A DNA stretch of 32,000 nt, taken from Trichodesmium erythraeum IMS101 (GTDB lineage: Bacteria > Cyanobacteriota > Cyanobacteriia > Cyanobacteriales > Microcoleaceae). The first letter of the stretch is position 1. The number at the start of each line of letters is the position of its first letter. The notes under the pieces were generated by a model that had not been told where the DNA came from, ran no database searches, and saw nothing but the letters and a program-made list of their open reading frames with translations. Positions 1 to 6,879 of this stretch are shown in pieces. Location of the stretch: contig NC_008312.1 of NCBI RefSeq assembly GCF_000014265.1, positions 3,480,001-3,512,000 of the forward strand, read 5' to 3'. A program made the position numbers and the translations under genes.

Positions 1-319
1 CAAAATTTTGGTTTTCTGAAAAAATTTTTTTTAGTAAAAAAATAAGAGTAGAAAGTTGTGAATATGTTTGGTAAAGTTCTTCAATTAATGGATAGTCCTC
101 ACTAACAATTTTAACAAAATCAACAATAAGTTCTGTATTATTTAGCTCAATGATTAAATTAATCAACCTTGTATGATAGGTATCTCCTTTAATTTTATTA
201 TAAAAATTAGCTCCAAATTTCTCTGGATATTCAGAAAATATACTTGTCAGTTTATCCTCACTTAATACCTTTTCAATCTCTTCACGAAATTTGATTCTTT
301 GCTTATCAGTAAATTTCAT
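1..319 (-). CDS. Partial CDS (5' end only; continues past the left window edge). Its N-terminus is a diverged seventh copy of the ~83-aa helical adaptor-like module, fused to unknown downstream sequence
   Basis: The ATG at 317-319 has the same TTG-CAA-ATG context and the same 287-bp register as the five genes to its right. My hand translation is MKFTDKQRIKFREEIEKVLSEDKLTSIFSEYPEKFGANFYNKIKGDTYHTRLINLIIELNNTELIVDFVKIVSEDYPLIEELYQTYSQLSTLIFLLKKIFSENQNF. This frame has no stop down to base 2, whereas the other copies stop after YHNFAQDL. It is probably absent from the ORF track because it is open-ended. Confidence 0.5.
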   Translation of the reverse strand, partial: MKFTDKQRIKFREEIEKVLSEDKLTSIFSEYPEKFGANFYNKIKGDTYHTRLINLIIELNNTELIVDFVKIVSEDYPLIEELYQTYSQLSTLIFLLKKIFSENQNF

Positions 320-354
320 TTGCAATGTACTTACATTACTATTTTATCTACTAT

Positions 355-606
355 TTATAAATCTTGAGCAAAATTATGATACTCATACCTAACAACTTTA
401 ATAAAATCAAAAATAAGTTCTCTATTATTTAGCTCAATGATTAAATTAATCAACCTTGTACGATAGTCACCTCCTGGAATTTGATTATAAAAATTAGCTC
501 CAAATTTCTCTGGATATTCAGAAAATATACTTGTCAGTTTATCCTCACTTAATACCCTTTCAATCTCTTCACGAAATTTGATTCTTTGCTTATCAGTAAA
601 TTTCAT
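355..606 (-). CDS. Free-standing helical adaptor-like module, array copy 1 (83 aa from ATG, 85 aa from the TTG at 612); variant FGAN...PGGD
   Basis: ORF track 355..612. An ATG at 604-606 lies two codons inside the TTG start. The protein is near-identical to the last ~80 aa of the CHAT protein at 1790..3208. The heptad-like helical sequence resembles effector-associated/death-like adaptor domains (pattern recognition only). Confidence 0.75.
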   Translation of the reverse strand: MKFTDKQRIKFREEIERVLSEDKLTSIFSEYPEKFGANFYNQIPGGDYRTRLINLIIELNNRELIFDFIKVVRYEYHNFAQDL

Positions 607-641
607 TTGCAATGTACTTACATTACTATTTTATCTACTAT

Positions 642-893
642 TTATAAATCTTGAGCAAAATTATGATACTCATACCTAACAACTTTAATAAAATCAAAAA
701 TAAGTTCTCTATTATTTAGCTCAATGATTAAATTAATCAACCTTGTACGATAGTTATCTCCAGAAATTTGATTATAAAAATTATCTCCAAATTTCTCTGG
801 ATATTCAGAAAATATACTTGTCAGTTTATCCTCACTTAATACCCTTTCAATCTCTTCACGAAATTTGATTCTTTGCTTATCAGTAAATTTCAT
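642..893 (-). CDS. Free-standing helical adaptor-like module, array copy 2; variant FGDN...SGDN
   Basis: ORF track 642..899, exactly 287 bp from copy 1. The ORF is intact and differs from its neighbours only in the loop patch at 753-764. Confidence 0.75.
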   Translation of the reverse strand: MKFTDKQRIKFREEIERVLSEDKLTSIFSEYPEKFGDNFYNQISGDNYRTRLINLIIELNNRELIFDFIKVVRYEYHNFAQDL

Positions 894-928
894 TTGCAAT
901 GTACTTACATTACTATTTTATCTACTAT

Positions 929-1180
929 TTATAAATCTTGAGCAAAATTATGATACTCATACCTAACAACTTTAATAAAATCAAAAATAAGTTCTCTATT
1001 ATTTAGCTCAATGATTAAATTAATCAACCTTGTACGATAGTCACCTCCTGGAATTTGATTATAAAAATTATCTCCAAATTTCTCTGGATATTCAGAAAAT
1101 ATACTTGTCAGTTTATCCTCACTTAATACCCTTTCAATCTCTTCACGAAATTTGATTCTTTGCTTATCAGTAAATTTCAT
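929..1180 (-). CDS. Free-standing helical adaptor-like module, array copy 3; variant FGDN...PGGD (same protein as copy 4 and as the CHAT C-terminus over the shared region)
   Basis: ORF track 929..1186, in 287-bp register, ORF intact. Confidence 0.75.
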   Translation of the reverse strand: MKFTDKQRIKFREEIERVLSEDKLTSIFSEYPEKFGDNFYNQIPGGDYRTRLINLIIELNNRELIFDFIKVVRYEYHNFAQDL

Positions 1181-1215
1181 TTGCAATGTACTTACATTAC
1201 TATTTTATCTACTAT

Positions 1216-1467
1216 TTATAAATCTTGAGCAAAATTATGATACTCATACCTAACAACTTTAATAAAATCAAAAATAAGTTCTCTATTATTGAGCTCAATG
1301 ATTAAATTAATCAACCTTGTACGATAGTCACCTCCTGGAATTTGATTATAAAAATTATCTCCAAATTTCTCTGGATATTCAGAAAATATACTTGTCAGTT
1401 TATCCTCACTTAATACCCTTTCAATCTCTTCACGAAATTTGATTCTTTGCTTATCAGTAAATTTCAT
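1216..1467 (-). CDS. Free-standing helical adaptor-like module, array copy 4; variant FGDN...PGGD
   Basis: ORF track 1216..1473, in 287-bp register. It carries one synonymous Leu change (CTA to CTC, base 1291) that it shares with copy 5. Confidence 0.75.
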   Translation of the reverse strand: MKFTDKQRIKFREEIERVLSEDKLTSIFSEYPEKFGDNFYNQIPGGDYRTRLINLIIELNNRELIFDFIKVVRYEYHNFAQDL

Positions 1468-1502
1468 TTGCAATGTACTTACATTACTATTTTATCTACT
1501 AT

Positions 1503-1754
1503 TTATAAATCTTGAGCAAAATTATGATACTCATACCTAACAACTTTAATAAAATCAAAAATAAGTTCTCTATTATTGAGCTCAATGATTAAATTAATCA
1601 ACCTTGTACGATAGTTATTTCCAGAAATTTGATTATAAAAATTATCTCCAAATTTCTCTGGATATTCAGAAAATATACTTGTCAGTTTATCCTCACTTAA
1701 TACCCTTTCAATCTCTTCACGAAATTTGATTCTTTGCTTATCAGTAAATTTCAT
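1503..1754 (-). CDS. Free-standing helical adaptor-like module, array copy 5; variant FGDN...SGNN
   Basis: ORF track 1503..1760, in 287-bp register. Its loop patch is at 1614-1625. Confidence 0.75.
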   Translation of the reverse strand: MKFTDKQRIKFREEIERVLSEDKLTSIFSEYPEKFGDNFYNQISGNNYRTRLINLIIELNNRELIFDFIKVVRYEYHNFAQDL

Positions 1755-1789
1755 TTGCAATGTACTTACATTACTATTTTATCTACTAT

Positions 1790-3193
1790 TTATAAATCTT
1801 GAGCAAAATTATGATACTCATACCTAACAACTTTAATAAAATCAAAAATAAGTTCTCTATTATTTAGCTCAATGATTAAATTAATCAACCTTGTACGATA
1901 GTCACCTCCTGGAATTTGATTATAAAAATTATCTCCAAATTTCTCTGGATATTCAGAAAATATACTTGTCAGTTTATCCTCACTTAATACCCTTTCAATC
2001 TCTTCACGAAATTTTCTTCTTTGTTCCCCCGTTAAACTCAAGAAACCATTTTTTTTCTGAGTTATCTCCATAGATTCTTTGGCAAATAAATAACCATCTA
2101 AAGCATTCATAAACACAACAGGAATTGCAAAATCTCTTGCCTCATAACCCTTCTCAATACGCAACTTAAACCGAGCCTTCTGTACCGCCATCTCAACAGA
2201 ATTACCATCTATTATTTTTGAATAAAACTCCTTCACAAAAATAATCGCCGTTTGATTAGAAACCTTATATTGCATAGCTATAACCACCGGAATTCCCTCA
2301 AGCATTAAGCGAGAAGCCAGACTACTAAAAGCATTAGTTTCAGATTGTTTTCCAGTTTCACAAGCTTGTAAAATCACAACTTTAGGTTGATGACCAGTAA
2401 ACAATTGACAAAACATTTTAGCATCTTTCCAATCAGCTTCACCAAACTCATTAACAAAAGCAACCTGTCCTAAATCTTCTCCATTTTTCTCAACTAATTG
2501 ACCGTGACCAATAAAATGAAAAATATCCGGTTTCTCAGTTTCTAATCTTTCTACAATACTATAGAAATCTAGAGAATTCATAACAGGTAAAAATTTAACT
2601 TGCTCCTGTTTAGTATCTATACTTTTTAAGTATTTATGTACCTCATAATATTCCACATCACTTAATCCAGAATCAGCCGTCGGTTTCGAGACAACTAAAG
2701 CAATTTTTAACTGTTCATCCTGATTAATTTTAATAGATAATTTATTTGATTCTTCTAATTGATATCTACGACGGTAAAAACTTAATTTACGATTAGTAGC
2801 GAAATAAATTTGACCTTGATTATATTTCTCAGGTAAACACATTAACTCCCAAGGATAAGCTACAACTTCCGGCATAGCTTCCTCATTTATTTCTAAAATA
2901 ATTCCCAAATTTGCATCCTGTTGTTTGAGAATATCTTGATAGTATGCCAAAAAATATTCTCTTAACTGAGCATCAAACAAAGCCTCAAACAAAGCTTCTC
3001 CCACCTTAGTAATTTGTTCACCTTTCAAATTAGTAGGAGCTTTAATAATTTCTCTAATCTTATCGTTAATTTTGTCAAGATTTAACTTACCTATTAACTG
3101 CTCTTTAGTAGCTAACTGAGGAGTTAATTTTATGAGTTTAACCGTATTTTCATTAGAAACAATAACATTACAAAAACATTGATTCATCGTCAT
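1790..3193 (-). CDS. CHAT-domain (caspase-fold, clan CD-like) cysteine protease with a C-terminal helical adaptor-like module (about aa 392-472, nt 1793-2035)
   Basis: ORF track 1790..3208 starts at a TTG. ATGs at 3191-3193 and 3185-3187 are more likely starts. The His motif DIFHFIGHG has its GHG His codon at 2504-2506. The Cys motif VVILQACETG has its Cys codon at 2360-2362. Both match the CHAT/caspase catalytic dyad as I remember it. The C-terminal sequence EQRRKFREEIERVLSEDK...YHNFAQDL equals the downstream small genes. Confidence 0.85.
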   Translation of the reverse strand: MTMNQCFCNVIVSNENTVKLIKLTPQLATKEQLIGKLNLDKINDKIREIIKAPTNLKGEQITKVGEALFEALFDAQLREYFLAYYQDILKQQDANLGIILEINEEAMPEVVAYPWELMCLPEKYNQGQIYFATNRKLSFYRRRYQLEESNKLSIKINQDEQLKIALVVSKPTADSGLSDVEYYEVHKYLKSIDTKQEQVKFLPVMNSLDFYSIVERLETEKPDIFHFIGHGQLVEKNGEDLGQVAFVNEFGEADWKDAKMFCQLFTGHQPKVVILQACETGKQSETNAFSSLASRLMLEGIPVVIAMQYKVSNQTAIIFVKEFYSKIIDGNSVEMAVQKARFKLRIEKGYEARDFAIPVVFMNALDGYLFAKESMEITQKKNGFLSLTGEQRRKFREEIERVLSEDKLTSIFSEYPEKFGDNFYNQIPGGDYRTRLINLIIELNNRELIFDFIKVVRYEYHNFAQDL

Positions 3194-3224
3194 AAAAATT
3201 AAGAACAATCAAAAAGTAAATAAT

Positions 3225-4160
3225 CTACAGTTTTGGTAAGCTAATTTGTTTTTCCCACTGACTAGTCCATTCTTCCTTTATCCCAACCGCAAAACTCTTA
3301 GCTGCTTTATCTTTACTCCCAAACAAATTTTTTAAATGACCTGGTAAACTTGATATTACATGAGTTAATTCACCATTCAACCAATCAATGTTAGGTTCAA
3401 TCCAAGCATGACCAATTAAATCAATAAACTCCCATCCCTTAGGAACCTTAAAAATAACGCTAAATTCTACAGTAGACTTATCCTGAATTTCTGGTTTTTC
3501 AAGCCGCCATTCACACCAAGAATTATTTTCCCCATGAGCAGAGATATTAAACTTACCAAATCGATAATTTAAACTATCAAAAACAATAAAAGTTTTAAAT
3601 TTATTTTTAGCTCTTAAATCAACTTTTAATTGATCATAATTAGGAAGATTAGCTATTTTCATTAACTCAGAACTATCACCTCCAACTCCCACATCCAAGT
3701 TAGCATCTAATCCTAAATTAAAGTTAACTCCTGCACTTAATATTGTTTGCCATTTACTATCTGGAATAATACGATGAACTATTGGCTCCTCTTTTCCTTG
3801 AGCACCAAAATCAAGCCGACATTCTAACTTTGAAATTAAAACACTTGGTTGAGGTCTTAGATCAATACTCACAACCATAGAATAGAAATCAAACCGCTTC
3901 ATTAACTGTTTAACTTCGTAATTTAACTCTATTCCTTCTGCTTCAAAACCTTTTGCAGTAAGAGGAATTAATCTACTATCAGGATTACCAAAAGTAACAG
4001 TAGTTTCCTTCAATCTTTTAACCGCAGTTGCTCCTCTTTTTAACTCTTGAGCTTCCCCTCCCCCTAACTCATTTTCCTGGCTTTTTACTTTTTCAAATAA
4101 ATCATTAAGTAAATCTTCTGCCTTCTCAAAATTAGGTAGATTCAATTTCTGATTTGTCAT
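3225..4160 (-). CDS. Uncharacterised 311-aa protein with a charged helical N-terminus followed by a beta-rich body; first gene of the CHAT cluster
   Basis: ORF track, ATG at 4158-4160. It stops 31 nt upstream of the CHAT ATG on the same strand. I recognise no family motif. I see no N-terminal signal peptide or TM segment. Confidence 0.7.
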   Translation of the reverse strand: MTNQKLNLPNFEKAEDLLNDLFEKVKSQENELGGGEAQELKRGATAVKRLKETTVTFGNPDSRLIPLTAKGFEAEGIELNYEVKQLMKRFDFYSMVVSIDLRPQPSVLISKLECRLDFGAQGKEEPIVHRIIPDSKWQTILSAGVNFNLGLDANLDVGVGGDSSELMKIANLPNYDQLKVDLRAKNKFKTFIVFDSLNYRFGKFNISAHGENNSWCEWRLEKPEIQDKSTVEFSVIFKVPKGWEFIDLIGHAWIEPNIDWLNGELTHVISSLPGHLKNLFGSKDKAAKSFAVGIKEEWTSQWEKQISLPKL

Positions 4161-4275
4161 TAATTTTTTGGGAAATACTTTTTAGGAAATAAGGTTTGAC
4201 TTAGACGTCTCCAAAAACTAAGATTTAACAATATGTTTAAAAGACTTTCTCATTAATTATTCAGAGATGTCTATT

Positions 4276-4303
4276 GTAGAGATATTTAATGAAACATCTC
4301 TAC
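4276..4303. other. Perfect 8-bp hairpin (GTAGAGAT / ATCTCTAC, 12-nt loop) between the 73-aa gene and the CHAT cluster
   Basis: Read directly: 4276-4283 pairs with 4296-4303. An alternative pairing is AGAGATGT (4264-4271) with ACATCTCT (4295-4302). There is no clear U-tract on the minus strand, so a terminator role is uncertain. Confidence 0.3.
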
Positions 4304-4317
4304 ATTTTGTGGACAAA

Positions 4318-4539
4318 TTATTCTATAGTAATTGATTGAGGACCTTCATCTTTAGTATTATTGCTTGTATCTTTAGGAGAACCATTAGTGTAAGTATCAC
4401 CTGTCTGATTATTAAGCCAAGTTTTAACAGGGTCATCATTAAGATTTAGCCGCAGCATACCAGAAAAAAAGCCTCCGAAGAAGGCAGCTGGTTGTTCAAT
4501 CAATTCTTTTATAACTGGGGTCAATTCATCTAAGAACAT
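4318..4539 (-). CDS. Small hypothetical protein (73 aa)
   Basis: ORF track. The N-terminal half (ELTPVIKELIEQPAAFFGGFFSGMLRLNL..DPVKTWL) looks like a real folded or amphipathic segment. The C-terminus is polar and low-complexity. Confidence 0.5.
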   Translation of the reverse strand: MFLDELTPVIKELIEQPAAFFGGFFSGMLRLNLNDDPVKTWLNNQTGDTYTNGSPKDTSNNTKDEGPQSITIE

Positions 4540-4959
4540 AGAGTTTTTTCTGCTCCATAAAGCTGATATAAAACGTCACAATAGGTGATATTTTAATGTT
4601 TACTCCCTGCTTCTATCAGAACTGTCACTAGCAGCCTGTCCACAGGTATTCACGGTCAAAATAACCGCAATTATCAAATTTTTACTAATGTATAGTATAC
4701 TTAAACATCTAATTTTATAATCATTTTTTCATTAAGTCAACGCTCTTTGCCTTGAGTATATGTTTTTATAGTATTGAATGATACGGGCAAGCTCCCCCCT
4801 TAACTTTACCCGCTGCATCTTACATCAAATCAAACTTATGAACTAGTTTCTTTTAACTTGAAAATTTTACTGAAAAGTTGGGTTTAAAGCCTCACCAATA
4901 AGTGCGCAACTTTTTAATTGTTTTTTTTTGAATATAGTATGTTAAGATATTAATTTGTA

Positions 4960-5165
4960 TAAGTAAAAAGTTAGAGACAAAAAGACAAACGTAGAGACAA
5001 GGGTAGTCCATCCTAGCTCACTCCTAATATCTCCCCGAAAAGAGAACAAGAGTGGGTGTAGTCTCGCCGTAAAGCACTCAAAGTGTGCTAAGTTAAAATC
5101 TCACCTATGCTTGAGCTTCTGCTGGCAATAAGCCCCCTATGCCTAACAGCGGGGGAAGACGCCAA
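4960..5165 (-). repeat. Non-coding element, copy A (homologous to 25597-25795 when read on the minus strand)
   Basis: Three collinear conserved blocks are shared with copy B. TTCCCC[C/G]GCTGTTAGGCA matches at 19 of 20 positions. The others are TTTACGG..AG.CTA.ACCCAC..TCTTG and GTTTGTCTTT. No ORF is present. Confidence 0.45.
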
Positions 5166-5909
5166 TAATTAATCCTAGAAACAACTTCCATATTTAAGAC
5201 AGGACGCTTAATCATGTAAATAATATAAATTTAAATTATCAACTAAGGCCAACCAATATTATATCTATATCTATTTGAAGAATTATACTTTAGAGGATGT
5301 TGGCAGAAGTTTCTGTTGCTCTTAGTACCAGAATAAAGCATAAAATTGGCAATTAGAGTCGAAAGTTTTTTTTGATCACTGATTATTCTGACATGATATA
5401 AGTCATGTAAATTCCCATAAGTTATTACTATACTTAGATCATACTTAAGTTATTAAGTAAGTTATTAAGTAATAAACACAGGTAGAATAACCTTTTTGCA
5501 ATCAGAGCCAAAACAAATTAATGTTAATTTCATAAATGTTTTATATCTCTACTCTAAGTGCCAAGTTAAAAAGTTTCTGAGAAAAGCTTAAGGCATCCTT
5601 TGCCATCCCATCTAGCCATCCCATCTATTAGTTCAGCTTCTCTTCTTCCCTCAAGTCAACAGGGTTGCCCAGAAGTTACCCCCAATTAAATTTTAATGGG
5701 GATACTTCAGAAGTCGATACTAATAACTAACTGTTTCCCTAGGTGACATGAAAAACATAGTTCCTCCGGAAAAGGTTAACTAATAATTGATAACTAAAAT
5801 AAGGGGATGAAAAGAAAAAACTATTAATATAGCAAATATTTCAGGGGTCCGTACTTATAGCTGATAGCTCATAACTGACATGACCAAAATCTCCTGCCTT
5901 TTTTCTATA

Positions 5910-6572
5910 TTACCTGCTCTGAGATAGCTTGGCCTCCTGAGCAACCTGTTCAACTTCATCCTCAGCCAACTGTGCTATTATCTCTTTTGCTTCTGGGGTT
6001 CCTAACCTCTCTAAGGCCTGTAAAACTCTATAGCGTATTTGCCAGTCACTGTGGACAGCAAAGGGTTTGAGTAAAGGAATGGCTTCTAAATTTCCTAGTT
6101 CCCCTAGAGCGCTAATGGCAATAGTCTGTATTAATTCATTCTCTGAATTGAGAGCATCCTCAAGTAAAGAAAAAGCTTTTGGTTCTCCCATTTCTCCTAT
6201 TGCCGCAACTATACTGAGTTTTACTAACCATTCTGAAGTATTTTGGTATACCCGCACTAGGTCATCAAAAGCTTGAGTTATTTTTAATGCTCCGATAGCA
6301 TCTGCTGCTGCTGCTTGCACATCTGCTTCTTTATCTTTGAAGAGACGCTCACACAATATTTCTTGGGATATTGTTAAGTTTTGCTTTCCCAAGCTTGACA
6401 TTTGGCTGACGGCAGCGTACCTAACACGAGTATTTTTATCCTTGATCGGAATTTGAATTAATTCAAAGGCGATCGCAGGTTCTATTTGACGTAATTTATT
6501 AACTCCTCGCAAGCGATCGCCTAGTTCTTCGGATATCAGTAGTTGCTTAACTGAATTTGGGTTAACACTCAT
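5910..6572 (-). CDS. HEAT-repeat protein (phycobilin-lyase / NblB-like PBS-lyase HEAT repeats)
   Basis: ORF track 5910..6662 starts at a GTG. I prefer the ATG at 6570-6572 (MSVNPNS...). The sequence has repeated units of the type ...VRYAAVSQM..LG..., ...VQAAAADAIGAL..., ...LSIVAAIGEMGEP..AF..L, ...IQTIAISALGELG..EAIPLL and ...WQIRYRVLQALERLG. Confidence 0.8.
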   Translation of the reverse strand: MSVNPNSVKQLLISEELGDRLRGVNKLRQIEPAIAFELIQIPIKDKNTRVRYAAVSQMSSLGKQNLTISQEILCERLFKDKEADVQAAAADAIGALKITQAFDDLVRVYQNTSEWLVKLSIVAAIGEMGEPKAFSLLEDALNSENELIQTIAISALGELGNLEAIPLLKPFAVHSDWQIRYRVLQALERLGTPEAKEIIAQLAEDEVEQVAQEAKLSQSR

Positions 6573-6879
6573 TTTATATTTGTTTTCTGTACTTAGTCCG
6601 TATATCCTAGCTCCTAAATCAAATCCAAATCTAGGAACAGCTTTTTGGGGGTAGGAAAGCACTTATACATAAGGGCATAGGATTTTTCCAATTTTGACCT
6701 GATTTTATGCACAGGACTTACACAATATTAAATCATAAACTATCTAGAAGGGGGTTGACAAATAAAAATATTACTAGTATTTGTATTCATGCATAAGTTT
6801 TCATCCCAATATTATCCCAACGGAGTTGATCTCAAAAGCATAAACTTCAGCTGTTGATTTTTTACCATCAAATTACACC

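Larger units (their letters stand above)
100..2035 (-). repeat. Tandem array with a 287-bp period, about 6.7 units. Each unit is the adaptor-module coding sequence plus a 29-nt spacer
   Basis: Stop codons fall at 355, 642, 929, 1216, 1503 and 1790, and the leftmost ATG at 317-319 keeps the register. The units are near-identical except the leftmost one, which has diverged. Confidence 0.95.

Noticed and set aside
466-1912. Diversity-generating retroelement (DGR) as the source of the hypervariable loop patch
   Set aside because: The substitutions are C/T, A/T and G/A changes, not adenine-specific mutagenesis. No template repeat or reverse transcriptase is visible in the window. Only two or three patch alleles exist, which fits gene conversion or selection better.
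355-2035. Could the regular 287-bp array be a CRISPR-like or other non-coding repeat array?
   Set aside because: Each unit carries an intact 83-85-aa ORF that is identical in sequence to a protein domain of the adjacent CHAT gene. There are no unique spacers, since the 29-nt inter-unit segments are the same. No short palindromic repeats or cas genes are present.
1891-2073. 60-aa plus-strand ORF inside the CHAT gene
   Set aside because: It is antisense to a well-supported CDS, its sequence is low-complexity, and it has no start context. It is a shadow ORF.
4902-4906. GTGCG (the group II intron 5' consensus) at 4902 and again at 25772, near the two non-coding elements
   Set aside because: I could find no domain V-like hairpin (a 34-nt GC-rich stem with a GNRA loop), no intron-encoded RT ORF and no AY 3' end. 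The two GTGCG sites are also not in homologous orientation relative to the elements.
5601-5702. Short direct repeat GCCATCCCATCTA x2 (about 5601-5627) and an AT-rich hairpin CCCCAATTAAATTTTAATGGGG (about 5680-5702)
   Set aside because: They are too short and isolated to interpret and have no flanking gene context. This is probably incidental low-complexity sequence.
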